Shown here: positions 37,328 to 50,946 of the stretch, in pieces
How positions within the stretch are numbered: the first letter of the stretch is position 1
Layout of the letters: every line of letters starts with the position of its first letter
NCBI RefSeq assembly: GCF_001194135.2
Contig: NC_068983.1
Coordinates: 27,488,374 to 27,552,373 of the forward strand
Direction: 5' to 3'
DNA from: Octopus bimaculoides
Taxonomy: Eukaryota
Length of the DNA: 64,000 bases
Translations under genes and position numbers: made by a program
The notes under the pieces: generated by a model
Database searches by the model: none
The model's input: only the letters and a program-made list of their open reading frames with translations
What the model was told of the DNA's origin: nothing

Positions 37328-38310
37328 AGTAAAAATAAATACAAAAAAAGGGTTTTTTTGTATGATTGTGTATAGAGGAATATATTATTTTGTTTAAAAG
37401 AGTTCCAACACTGTCTGTATATATATATATATATAGAAAGACATACAAACGTTAGCAGGTGTGAGGCATGTTTTCACATGAAACGCTGTGTACACAATTC
37501 ATATTGTGTAATGAAGACATAGTTACAGCTAATTCGAATGATCCGTGACTGGTTGCAATACTAATGCAATGTGTTTGGTGTACGTACTAACAACATCATT
37601 TATACATTCATATGTATCTCTGTGTGTGCGCGCGCACGTAGGAATGTGGGTAGGTAGCTAGGTAGGTAAGTATGTATGCAAAGGTTTGATACCCACAATC
37701 GAAAAAATAGCTAATCAATACATATAAATGTGTCTGCATGTGTATGATATATTTGTGTGTGTGTCTGTGTGCATGTGTGTGTGACTGTGTGGGGCGGAAG
37801 GAGCTTTATATTTAATTACTCATATCACAAACATAAAATATCACTGACGAAAAAAATCACTGAGTTGAGATATATCATATTGATTACGGTACACAATCAT
37901 TTTTGATTAATTAATTAAAGTCAAAGAAAACCAGAATGCGAACGAGAATTGTTAGTGACTGTAAAGAGAGAAAGAGGATTTGTTTTGTGATGTATTAAAT
38001 ACTCACAGTTATTTCCCTTGCTTGGCGGTGGAATAGTCTGATATTTTATAGTTGAAAAATAACTCTGGGCATGTTTTGGTCCATTATCACTTATCAGGTC
38101 AAATATTATAATTTTGACGCATGCCTGCCGAAACGGCTCACAAAGAATCTCACCTATTTCATACGCAATTCTTTTTCTACTTTCAGTAATGATACAGTAG
38201 CCATACTGGTGCACCACTTTGTAGGATCTATTCGAAAGAATCTAAACTTATTAATTATGGTACTTATTGTATAGATCTCTTTGCCCAAAAGCTATGTTAC
38301 GAAGATGCAA

Positions 38311-38730
38311 GCAAACTGACACCAATTGTTTACAGGTGATGAGGACAATTACAAAGAACGATAAATACACACACAAACGCGCGCACGTACACACACACAC
38401 ACACACACATGCACACACCCACACACGCGCACACACATATATGCATATATTGATATACGACGGACTTCCACGCATTTTCCATCTGCCAAATTCTTTCACA
38501 AGGCATTGGTTGTGTTTGGGCAAACTGACACCGGTTGTCTAGCGGTGATGGGGACAATTACAAAGAAAGATAAATCCACACACAAACGCGTGCACACGCA
38601 CACTCACACGCTTACACTCATACACATACACACACATGCGCACGCACGAACGTATCTACATATGTCTATATACGACGAACTTCCATGCATTTTCCCTCTA
38701 TCAAATTCTTTCATAAGGCATTGATCGTGT
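38311..38730 (-). repeat. Tandem duplication (~209-bp unit) of a decayed SINE A internal segment
   Basis: Units start GCAAACTGACACC at 38311 and 38520. Both carry GGACAATTACAAAGAA, a (CA)-rich middle and ATATACGACG.ACTTCCA...CAAATTCTTTCA.AAGGCATTG. Confidence 0.85.
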
Positions 38731-39535
38731 TGGTACTATAATAGAAGATACTTGGTAGTGTACAATGAACCCAAAATCACGTGGCTGCAAAGTGAAATTG
38801 TGCTCAGTATAATTTACATGATTAAAAAACAAAATTAGTTTGGGAACTCAAATCTAGATCCTTCGACTATTATAGTAATAACTAAAGCGTTATCTATGAT
38901 CACTGATGTGAAACTCTCTTCTGTTGCCTTCTGTGATATTAACAGATCTATTTGAAATGCTTTGCCTTTGAATAGCCAAACTTCTAGGAAGACAATTTTA
39001 GTCAATAAATTATTGATTTCTTCTTTAAATACAAAGTCCTTTCTAACACATATGCATCCTAATATGATGATACTGTGAAGCGTATGTTCTACTGGTTAAG
39101 CGTTTCAGGAACGCAATCGTGAAGTCGGGATCTCGAATCCCAGACAATGCGATTAGTAGTGTTCTTCAGCAAAGAGTTTTATTTCCTGTTAATTCAGCAC
39201 TCTCGGCCAATAACAAGAAGCAGTAGTAATATGAGGGTTAATTCAGCGATGACCGGGTTTTCGTTCAGTGGGGCTGTGGTCAAATCGCAGTCGTTTAAAT
39301 GACTCAAAATCTGCAATAATATTCGGATTCATGAATTTCTTAGAACACGAGAGGGTTAATTAACATATATTTTTTTTATTCTGAAGGTATAGGCGTATAA
39401 TAGACATTGGTAAACCCCAGAAAATTGAATTTACAAATTGCCTTATCGGTAGTAAATATCTTTTCTCACTGAGAAAGGAAGAATCTGGGAAAATTATAAA
39501 TATATAGACGGACAGACAGACAATCAGTCAGACAA

Positions 39536-39603
<68 letters not shown>

Positions 39604-40786
39604 GTAGGAAGGTAGGTGGTAGGTAGGTAGGTAGGTAACTAGGTAGGTAGCTAGGTAGAAATCTCAGCTACATAAAATTCAATCTAAGCATGTACAAGAT
39701 TTGAACTCGCATGTTAATTTACACAGCGCTACTATACTTCATCGACCATTTCTTTGGCTATTGAAATATTGATTACTTTAAAATAAGCAAAGATAAAACA
39801 AACTCATATTGTGACATGTGTGCGACGTAGAAGATGAAATATCGTGATTTTCATTCTATAACGAAACCAATATAAAACATCCAACGTTGATGCAATAGAT
39901 TAATCATTTACGTTCCCTCAGTACGTGAAATTGGAAGTTTAATCAATATCAGTTCCTAAGTGATCGATATTTACGCAATGTTAAATCTAATTCTCAAAAT
40001 ATCAGTAGGAAATGAGGAGAAAATAATTAAAAGCTAATATCAATAATAACATTATTAACATTTTAAACGGTTAAAAGTTAGCAAAAAAATTATTTATTTA
40101 TTTATTTATTTGGTATTTTTGTGGATGAGGTATTTCAAGAGTTCAGTGCCACTACAGATTTGTTTTCAGTCTCATTATGTTTGTTTACTTGTAACATAAG
40201 AAACAAACTAAGGAATTAAATTCGAATAAAATGTCAGTCGAATGGTTATCTTTAGCTTAAAAAAGATCAGACAAAAAGTGCGTTTAACAAGGAAATGAAG
40301 ATATCCAAAGTAATGATGTTTATTTCATGTATTGACTTAGACTATACATATATACATATATACTATCAAAAAAAATATTAACAAAGAGATAAACTTAAAC
40401 CTCTGGCAGCTTCTTTTTGTTGATTAATCCTAGGTTAGACATGATAAGGCAAACATATTATCACAGGTATTTTTGTTGTAAAGCGGCATAAGATCAAACG
40501 AAGCTTTGCCGTGGGCCTACCGTTTATTATTTTGATTTTATGTTACAGAATATTATTTTTTTGACATTCTTTTATTCAAAAATATTGATTGAGATTTTAG
40601 ATAGATTTGCCCGCTGATTTTAGCAAAATAGTTTAGCTTTTGATGCTCCAAGATTTGGGAGTAAGGAGATTTGCCGTCAATGTTTAATAGAAAATAATCA
40701 TTCCACTTTCATTATATTTTTGAAAATTATAACTTCAATTTAAGCACACACACACACAAACGCTATGCTTCGGCTGATATGCTCAC

Positions 40787-41030
40787 GGGCATATGGCGTA
40801 GTGGTTAAGAGCACGGGCTACTAACCCCAAAATTCTGAGTTCGATTCCAGGCAGTGACCTGGATAATAATAATTAATATTAGCATCGAAAAATATTTTAG
40901 GCATGAGAACCTAGGTTAGAAATTTCCCCAACACACCTGATGAAGGTGGGAGGGTATATCAGCCGAAACGTTGTGTTAACAAGAAACAAGATGAGGACAA
41001 ATATCCATCAAATGTAATATCCATCAAATG
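40787..41030 (+). mobile_element. tRNA-derived SINE family E with hammerhead-ribozyme-like 3' module
   Basis: A box TGGCGTAGTGG (40794), anticodon-like arm GGG-CTACTAA-CCC, B box GAGTTCGATTCC (40837); CTGATGA at 40937 and GAAAC at 40965. Confidence 0.75.
40933..40976 (+). ncRNA. Minimal type I hammerhead ribozyme motif (Penelope-type)
   Basis: Helix I ACAC (40933-40936) / GTGT (40973-40976); core CTGATGA+A; helix II GG.TG / CAGCC, imperfect in this copy; GAAA; palindromic helix III AACGTT; cleavage triplet GUU (40970-40972). Confidence 0.6.
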
Positions 41031-41417
41031 GTTTGATACATGGGTATTTTATAATATTTTAATTTAATCCACGAAATATATCCAAAAATGGAACATTATA
41101 AAACGTGTGCATATATTCATGTATGAAAATGGGAATAAAAAACGAAATAAAATTTTAAATAAAGAAAGATTTTAACACAGCACACACTACATAAAGGCGA
41201 TATTTACTTCAATGTATCACGGTCCAATGTCACTTTAACTGCGTAAAACTTCGAGATCACTCTTAATAGTAATCTTGTTTAAGAATAATAAAGTTCTACT
41301 CTCCAAAAGGTATAAAGTAAGCCAACAGTTTAATGTTAAGCTGTTTATATTATAAATGAACCTGACAAACAAGGCTGGTCTACTGGTCCTGTCAAATCTG
41401 GTCCCGCTAAATTAGAG

Positions 41418-41448
<31 letters not shown>

Positions 41449-41955
41449 NNNNNNNNNNNNNNNNNNNNNNNNNNNNNNNNNNNNNNNNNNNNNNNNNNNN
41501 NNNNNNNNNNNNNNNNNNNNNNNNNNNNNNNNNNNNNNNNNNNNNNNNNNNNNNNNNNNNNNNNNNNNNNNNNNNNNNNNNNNNNNNNNNNNNNNNNNNN
41601 NNNNNNNNNNNNNNNNNNNNNNNNNNNNNNNNNNNNNNNNNNNNNNNNNNNNNNNNNNNNNNNNNNNNNNNNNNNNNNNNNNNNNNNNNNNNNNNNNNNN
41701 NNNNNNNNNNNNNNNNNNNNNNNNNNNNNNNNNNNNNNNNNNNNNNNNNNNNNNNNNNNNNNNNNNNNNNNNNNNNNNNNNNNNNNNNNNNNNNNNNNNN
41801 NNNNNNNNNNNNNNNNNNNNNNNNNNNNNNNNNNNNNNNNNNNNNNNNNNNNNNNNNNNNNNNNNNNNNNNNNNNNNNNNNNNNNNNNNNNNNNNNNNNN
41901 NNNNNNNNNNNNNNNNNNNNNNNNNNNNNNNNNNNNNNNNNNNNNNNNNNNNNNN

Positions 41956-41990
<35 letters not shown>

Positions 41991-43019
41991 TGGTTATGTC
42001 TATGTATGTATTTATGTATATGTATGTATTTATATGTATATATAAGTGAGCTTGAATAAGATTTGTATTTTGTTATTTCGTTTATTTTCTGTTCAGTTAA
42101 GTGACAGAAGTAGTTCTATTATGAAAATGACTCAGTTATAGACAAGGGCAGAGGAAACATTTCTTTCTGCGTTTGTATGTGGCTGGAAACTCTGGTTTTC
42201 ATATCTTTGTGCACAGAAACCAAACTAAATTACTCGTAAAACGTATCACATACCCTTGCTTAATACACTTCTATAATCTACATATACGCATCCTCTACAA
42301 ATCAAAATGATATTTCCTTCGGCGTTGACGTAGAGTACCGATATTTTTGATTGTATTAAACTGGCACTATTTCATGTATGCTATAATGGAGATATTGAGA
42401 TAACAAAATCTCAGATGAAAATAGAACGAATCGTAAGTAAATAAGATTTTGATAATTAACTTACATACTAGCGTTGAATTCGAAAAATGTCCATGGTGAT
42501 TCAGTAAAAAACGTGAGACTTTCATTCACTCGATAATTATGAATACGTTAGAAAGAATCAACGTGGGAGATACATATTTAATACAATAATCTCTAATTAA
42601 TAAGTATTCTTTTATGCAAAAGTTGCTTCTAGAGTTAATGTTAATGGTATGTGGAAATGGAGAGAATATTGGTATCGGTTTTCATGAATAGAAAATATTA
42701 TTAATGATATCTTGCTTTTTGTTTCCATGTATTTTTTTTTCTTTTGTATTACATTTTGTGTTCATTTTATTTTTGCTGACTCAGAAGTAATAATCAGTAA
42801 ACCGTATGGAATATTTGAATTAATTAGGGAAAAGCTTTCATTTATTCCCACAACGTTATTTTGGAGAACAGGCATTTTATATATATTTGTAAGCTAAATT
42901 GCGTGACATAATACTTTGAGAAAAGTGTAGAGTATATTTGCCAATATCAATTTTGTACAGTTTCACAATGTACACAACAAACACACAGACATAACTGACT
43001 TACTTATATGCACGATAGC

Positions 43020-43055
<36 letters not shown>

Positions 43056-43879
43056 GAATAAATTAAGAACTGGAGTCAAACCCTGGAATTTCTAGCTTTA
43101 TAAGTAGAATGTAATATCCTTGGCACCTATGTGAATCTTTGCTAGCCTGGAAACTATTTATTTGTTTCTTCCTTGTTATTTGTACACGCTGAAAAATATA
43201 CATACATATATATACATATGTATATATATATATATATATACATGTATGTATATATCTGCTTATGTATATATCGAAATATATATATAAAGGAGTTTGTGTT
43301 TGTGTGTGTGTATGTTCCATAAGATACATACACACACACAAACTCTGTTTTATATATATATAGATATATGCTCATGTGTGCGTGCGTGTGTTTATGTGTA
43401 TGTGTCTGTGCGTTTGATCTTTCCAGTTGTTGCTTTTCTGTTAGTCATGGCCTGGACAAGTCTGGTCAAAACTTATCTAATTATATAAAGCTTCACCACT
43501 AATTCAGTTCTCAACTAAATTGCAAACTGCTAATAGTTTTAAAGAGGACACCTCCTCAGCTACACTTTGGCATAAATAGTTTGAGATCTGGTTCAGTAGA
43601 ATAAAAAAGTTACAACAAAATATTTCAGCAACGCAGATATTCATCTTCAATTAGCATAAATCTTTTACTTTTAAAATAAAAGCATAATTTTCTCAGGCTT
43701 AAAGGATAGAAAATGCATGAAGAATTCAGAATTGTTAGTCGCATTGAACAAAAATTAGTAGAAAAAGAGTTATAAGATAAAATGTTACAAAATTTATTGT
43801 CAATAAGAGAGGAAGTAAGCAGTAACGCCGCAAGCAATAAGAATAAAGAATATATTTCTAAAATGAATGTTTATCTTTT

Positions 43880-44332
43880 AAGGCGGCGAGCTGGCAGAAC
43901 CATTACCGCACTGGGCGAAATACTTATCGGTATTTTATATGTCATAGGTTTTGAGTTCAAATTTCGCCGAGGCCTACTTTTATCTATTTCGGATCTATTC
44001 AATGTGACGTACAGTTTATTTAATTAATTTTTTTTAACTGAACATTTTGAAACCTCCGATACTGGTAGAATGTGTCACATAGAACAGTGCTTACTTTTAA
44101 CGTTTTTGACAAAGATTTATATTTTAGAAGCGGTATTTGGTCCGTCTTTACGTTCTAAGTTCAAATTCTGCCTTGGTCGACTTTGCCTTTCATCCATTTC
44201 GGATCTATTCAACTAGATGTACAGATTATTTAATTAATTTCCTTTTAACTAAATACTTTCAAACTGGTAGAATGTGTCACGTACAACAGGGTTTACTCTT
44301 AACGTTTTGGACAAAATTTTGTACTTTAGAAG
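43880..44332 (+). repeat. SINE family B 5' part plus flank, tandemly duplicated (~203-bp unit)
   Basis: Head TAAGGCGGCGAGCTGGCAGAACC at ~43880. Units 43928-44130 and 44131-44332 share GTTCAAATT, ATTTCGGATCTATTCAA, ACTGGTAGAATGTGTCAC and TTTAGAAG. Confidence 0.85.
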
Positions 44333-44434
44333 TTATTTCGTCAGAAGTTACAGAGTGACAATGGACGAATTCGTATTTGATATGTGCCAATGCACGAAAC
44401 TCTTAACTTTTGACTTACTCTCTAATTTCTGCTG

Positions 44435-44501
<67 letters not shown>

Positions 44502-44529
44502 TACATTTATGGGTTTAAAAAAATCTCAT

Positions 44530-44720
44530 CACCTAATCGAACCAATGAAAGAGCCTCTACCTGGTCGCTCGACACACTAAAAATAGCAGCCAACGTATCC
44601 CCTTACCTAAATCACACGTCCATTGTATGTAATGATTATCCGTAGACAGGTTAATGAAGGCTGGAACGTCTTTGATGATACGTTTGCAGAATCAGAGTTG
44701 ATTTGAGGCTAAATATCAAG
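44530..44720. mobile_element. Interspersed repeat family F
   Basis: GAGCCTCTACCTGGTCGCTCGAC...AAATAGCAGCCAA...AAGGCTGGAACGTCTTTGAT is the reverse orientation of 9110-9320. Confidence 0.55.
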
Positions 44721-45279
44721 AACATTAGGGCAAATTTCTTTATTAACCCCTGCACGATTTTCACTAAGGAAAAAATCCCCCAAAATTTGATTTTTTGCGT
44801 GGAATCAAGTACGCTGACCTCTTGACATGCTGCAAATCCCTTATTTTGGTTCGGAAAAAATGAGGTGGGATGATACCCCAGCCCAATCCCGGAATCATTG
44901 GAATTTTTGTTTTCGTTCAATGAATTCCTGTGATCTCACAATATTGAAAAATTAGGTGACTTAGGGTGAGCCTCGTAACTAATGGTTTGGGAGTCTTGTT
45001 GTCTGTATCTTTTGGTGAGCCATGGTGCAACCAATAACATGGTAAAAAATCCCTGCCATTAATTTGGTGTGGATGGGTATTATCAAGTAATTCAATCACC
45101 ACATATATTTAAATTATACATGAACAAAATTGAAATATTATCATCACTTGCATGGAAAATTGAAATATTATCTTTCAGTATTTTATAAGATAAAATTTTA
45201 AATTATTAATTTATACATTAATTACCTGGAAAAATCATGGATTACATGGAAAAATGCGAATATGAAAAGTACTATTCTT

Positions 45280-45714
45280 AAGATTATGAACCTGGAAAAG
45301 TACAGGACAAATTATTACACCTGTAAAAGTACAGGACAAGCTATTACTTCTAGTCAAGTAACGAATAAGAAACATTTTACTAAAAATATCGCAGCTAAAA
45401 TATTAAAATTTGAATATTAAAACTTCTTTTATTATAGTTTACAAATAACACTATACTTGTTTAAATAGAATTTGGCTTATTTACTACCTTAAATACAGAA
45501 AAAAGTGACTAATTAGACAAACTTACAAATTAGCTGAATATTTTTGTACAATAAATTTTAAATATGAGAACTGTAAAGTGTGATAAATTAGAAGAACTGG
45601 CATTCTTTGCTGCAATATTTTAAGTAAAAAGTTTCTTATTCTTTACTTTACTAGAAGTAATAGCTTGTCCTAGGTGTAATGACTTGTCATGTACTTTTCC
45701 AGGTTTATAATCTT
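45280..45714. mobile_element. Foldback/MITE-like element with ~110-120-bp terminal inverted repeats
   Basis: Left arm 45280-45399 (AAGATTATGAACCTGGAAAAGTACAGGACAA...AGGACAAGCTATTACTTCTAGT...GCAGC) is the reverse complement of 45605-45714. AT-rich ~200-bp spacer. Confidence 0.8.
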
Positions 45715-45965
45715 TATTCTTTTATTCTTTTAATTGTTTCAGTCGTTTGACTGCTGCCATGCTGGAGCACCACTTTTTTTCTTTTAGTCAAGCAAATCGA
45801 CCTAGGACTTATTCTTTATAAGTCTAGTACTTATTCTATCGTTCTCTTTTTGCCGAACCGCTAAGTTATGGGGACGTAAACACACCAGCATCGCATGTCA
45901 AACGATGTTGGGAGGACAAATACAGACAGACAAGCACGCACGCACACACACACACACACACACAC

Positions 45966-46018
<53 letters not shown>

Positions 46019-46183
46019 TACAACACGCTTCTTTCAGTTTCCGTCTGCCAAATCCACTCACAAGGTTTTGGGCGGCTCGAGGCTATAGTAGAAGACACTT
46101 GCCCCAGGATCCACACAGTGGGACGGAACCCGGAACCATGTGGTTGGTAAGCAAGCTACTTGCCACACAGCTACTCCTGCGCC
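45712..46183 (-). mobile_element. SINE family A, full length
   Basis: Reverse complement of 408-872 including the GGCGCAGGAGTAGCTGTGTGG head and the internal (CA)n(TA)n. Confidence 0.9.
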
Positions 46184-46598
46184 TATGTTAAAAATATTAC
46201 TTTTCATGCTCGCATTTTTCCATGTAATAACAAATGAGAAGTGAACTATCTCTTTAACCCCGAATAAATTGTAGATTACCCTGAAGAGAAACGAGACCTT
46301 ATTGGTTAAATTTCGAAATAACGTGATAGGGTCTAATCAAATTACTTCATTCTGTGAGTTTTATTTCGCTGGAGACAGAATTTCTGGCTTGCTGCTCGCA
46401 GTCCCTTGAACATCTCATGAGGTTGGCGATATTGTGTGGCTATTCAAGTTATATATTTTCTAGCAATTGCAGGTGCTATTTTCTCCTTCATTTATGTATT
46501 CTACGGTTTTAGTTATCAATTCCTATAGCCACCTAACTTATAATGTATTCAATATACCTTAATATGAATTTATCGTTATATCTTAATATATCCTTATA

Positions 46599-46653
<55 letters not shown>

Positions 46654-48933
46654 CACACACACATATATATATATACATATATATACACATAGCTATATGT
46701 ATGTATAATATATATATGTATATTTATAATTATATGTAGGCATATTTATATGTATAAATATATATATATATATATACATACATATATAAACACACATACA
46801 TATATACACACATATATACATGTATACACACATATATATACAATCATATGTGTATAAATATGTATATGTATACATATAAATTGCCGTATTTGACTATGCG
46901 TATATTCATTGTGATTCAATTCTATGACTCACGCACATACAACATATGAAGCAAGCAAATATTTATCCTTTAAATATAAAGTCCTTATTTAAATGGAAAT
47001 AATACTAAGTAATATTGGAATATTAAAAGATTCCAGCAATGTATTCTACATGTCAAAATAAAATAAAAACGTAAAATAAATAATACACTTACGTCATAGT
47101 AGGAAACTGCGGGAGTTGTCACGCAGATCAATCAATAAATATGTATTCACAAGCGATATTTTCCAAAAAAGATTAAATATAGAATTACCATAAGATTAAC
47201 TAATGCGTATTGAAATAGATGTGAACATTCTTTTACTACACAGGCATGTCTTTATTCGGAAGTCTTTATTTGTAGGTTATTAATGAAATTTTTCGTATAT
47301 ATATATATATNNNNNNNNNNNNNNNNNNNNNNNNNNNNNNNNNNNNNNNNNNNNNNNNNNNNNNNNNNNNNNNNNNNNNNNNNNNNNNNNNNNNNNNNNN
47401 NNNNNNNNNNNNNNNNNNNNNNNNNNNNNNNNNNTATATATGCATAGATGCACAAACACACACATACCCACATTTAATAACGGTATAACAGTTTGAAATG
47501 GCTTCATGCAACTTTCAGATTCGTAGGCAAAACGGATCTAGCTATTCCTACGCCCGGTGTACTAGGTTCGTTTTACGAGCTGACGAAACTTTAAGGTACA
47601 CGAAGTCGAATTAAACTGTTATTGATTGATGTGTAACTCCTACGAAATGTGTTAGATACAACAATCTTGCGTTCGTCCACTCACACGTGTATGTGTGTGT
47701 GTGTGTATGTGTGTGAATGTGTGATTGTTTGTGTACTATGGTAACCAGAAAAGATACGTTTTTGATGGTTGATATTGGAATTAGGCAGAATGCTTCGATA
47801 GGGATGTTGAATATGTGTAAATGTTCAAGATAATGTTATAACAAACATTTCCCCTGGAGAACATATGTTTCAAAGATATCTGCAACTACTCGGGCCTTGC
47901 AGCTGGGATAGCATGTAAACTACGTTTGAATACATAAAATGTATCCCCGCTCGAAGTTACCGAACGGGCTCTTGTTGATAGGAATCAGCAATATGTTATT
48001 TACTGATGCGTGTTGATGTCCGTCAAACTGGTTATAATTCATGAAGTGCACGAAGAACGATGAGGATCGAAATAATAATGTATCTAATCATTCTCAATAC
48101 GTTCTGTCAGATTCGAACTTTAATATCTAATCGCTATTATTTCTCGCCATCAGAGAAGATTTCCTTTTAGATAATGTTTATTGATAACATACGCGATTCA
48201 TCGGTGTGAGTGAACTTTTGAGACACTGCGGTGTTTCGAACCCGCTTTCAGAGAACGTAAACCTGCCTGATCTATGAACGTAGCTAGAATACAGGTTCTT
48301 GTTTATAGGTGGGGTGTATATACTTTGAGGTCCATAGTTTAAAAAATATTAAGTCATATCGCTCGAAGATTATGAGGTAGTATTGGCATGAAAACGATAG
48401 TATATTTACTGCTGAAAATATCAAACCAGAAATAACTATTGCGCTTAAGTTATATAATTCTGAGGGATGCAAGTAGCAACTCTTCCGTTAGGTTCTGTTC
48501 TACACACAATGAAGAACCGATGAAACTGAAATCTAATGGCAGACATTAAAATATAATTTCACAATGCCATTGCAACAAATATATGGTAGTGATAACTGAA
48601 AAATAAAGTCTAATTAGTTACTATTCTTTATTTCATATATAAGTGTTCGGGAACATGCGCACATATATATGCTTATATATATTATACTTTTATTTATATA
48701 TATACACATACTTTCACACACATACACTCTCATATATATATATATATATATATANNNNNNNNNNNNNNNNNNNNNNNNNNNNNNNNNNNNNNNNNNNNNN
48801 NNNNNNNNNNNNNNNNNNNNNNNNNNNNNNNNNNNNNNNNNNNNNNNNNNNNNNNNNNNNNNNNNNNNNNNNNNNNNNNNNNNNNNNNNNNNNNNNNNNN
48901 NNNNNNNNNNNNNNNNNNNNNNNNNNNNNTATA

Positions 48934-48967
<34 letters not shown>

Positions 48968-50901
48968 CAAATTCATACATGCTTACATACATGTGTATGT
49001 GTCTCAATGCAAGCTTCATATTATTGCTCGATCGCATTTAAGAAAAAAGTTATATCCCTTTAGTATTTTGTGTATTTTGTTTTTTTAGCTCATGTATTCT
49101 ATTTGCTTCCGTAGTTTTCTAAATAACTAATTATTATTTAATTATTTATTTTTACGATAGTCATATGTTCAATTATATGTCAAATTAAGAGAGTTCAGGT
49201 GAGTAAAATTAAAAACACTACAACAGATCACTTAATGTTAATTAGCATTGAATACTGATTTGCTTACACTGCTATTATATTAAAATTTGCTGCTGACTTT
49301 TTTCCTTTTTTTGGTTTGATATGTTTTCATTTTAAATTTTGTCGTCCATACATATTTGAAAGTGTTCTCCATCATTTACTATACCTTCTTTTTTTTTTTC
49401 TTTTTTATTCCGTCTGCACAGAAATTGTAAGAACTTGAATAAATCAGGATAATTACTGGGTTTACAAAATTAATAACTGTTATTATCAAAAGTAGTCACG
49501 TCAAATAGTAATTAATTGGCTATTAAATTATTTTTCTTCATTGCTACGATATTTATAAAGAAATACTGTTACGAAATCTTAACAATCAATAATATTTATC
49601 CGACTACCAACTTTTATATTTGGACGATTTTTAGTTTTATTTTAAAGCAAATCATGATGTCCTCAAAAAACAAAACTAAACAAACGATCTATGAACCAAG
49701 GGACAAAATAATTTCAAATAAATTTATACAACAAAATATATCTTTCAGTACTGCTCGTTTACTATTTCATTCACCTACTGTGGCGATGCTGCATCACAGC
49801 ACACAATAGTAGCTATTTTATCGAACAGAGACATGAAAAAAATTTAACGGTCGCATTAGGAGTAACGGGTTAAAATAATAAATGGAATACGACATAAATA
49901 ATCAGAAATATATATTTCACCATCACACTCCATCATTTAGCTAATGAACACATTGAAAAAGAAAATAAAACGCCCATTGTTAATTCATGATATTATATGA
50001 CTGGTACATACTTTATCGGATATTTCTGTTTTTCTATACACGTGGTTTTGCCTCTGGTGGTAAAATTTACTATTAAAGAGGAGATAATATTTTATAGAGT
50101 CTCGTATTTGTTTTCTTCCGAGCATTGCCGCTGACATTTCATGCATTTTATGATCGATATTTCTATTTAATTTGGATTTATTTCTTAGACAAGAGATCGA
50201 AAAATAGGTATATGTTCCATCGTATTATATTGCAATTAAGCTACATTTTTTTAAAATCCTATAACAGAGTACCAATATATAACTAGTGCATTGTTATTGG
50301 CTTGATACAAGATGAAAAAAAACTATGATAAGTAAAATAGATGCAATAGAAGAAAACTGGATCGATCGATAAAATGAAGAATAATTTCATTCATTATTTA
50401 TAACACATTCCACTGTAGACATAAGCATTATCGTATGAGTCATGTAATATCGGGGAAAATTCAGAGGAGAATCATGCATCTCTTTTCTTACTATATCATA
50501 AAAAGTGAACATGCGAGTATTATCTATATATANNNNNNNNNNNNNNNNNNNNNNNNNNNNNNNNNNNNNNNNNNNNNNNNNNNNNNNNNNNNNNNNNNNN
50601 NNNNNNNNNNNNNNNNNNNNNNNNNNNNNNNNNNNNNNNNNNNNNNNNNNNNNNNNNNNNNNNNNNNNNNNNNNNNNNNNNNNNNNNNNNNNNNNNNNNN
50701 NNNNNNNNNNNNNNNNNNNNNNNNNNNNNNNNNNNNNNNNNNNNNNNNNNNNNNNNNNNNNNNNNNNNNNNNNNNNNNNNNNNNNNNNNNNNNNNNNNNN
50801 NNNNNNNNNNNNNNNNNNNNNNNNNNNNNNNNNNNNATAGATAACTATACGCACACACACACATATAAAAATGCACACACATTTCATATATATTCATAGA
50901 A

Positions 50902-50946
<45 letters not shown>

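Noticed and set aside
47575-47625. CTGACGA-A-ACTT...AAGTC-GAATT hammerhead-like word
   Set aside because: GAAA box broken and no helix I or III pairing found.
49855-49872. GTAACGGG|TTAA piggyBac-like end (also TTAA|CCCC at 44743)
   Set aside because: No matching opposite terminus found nearby.
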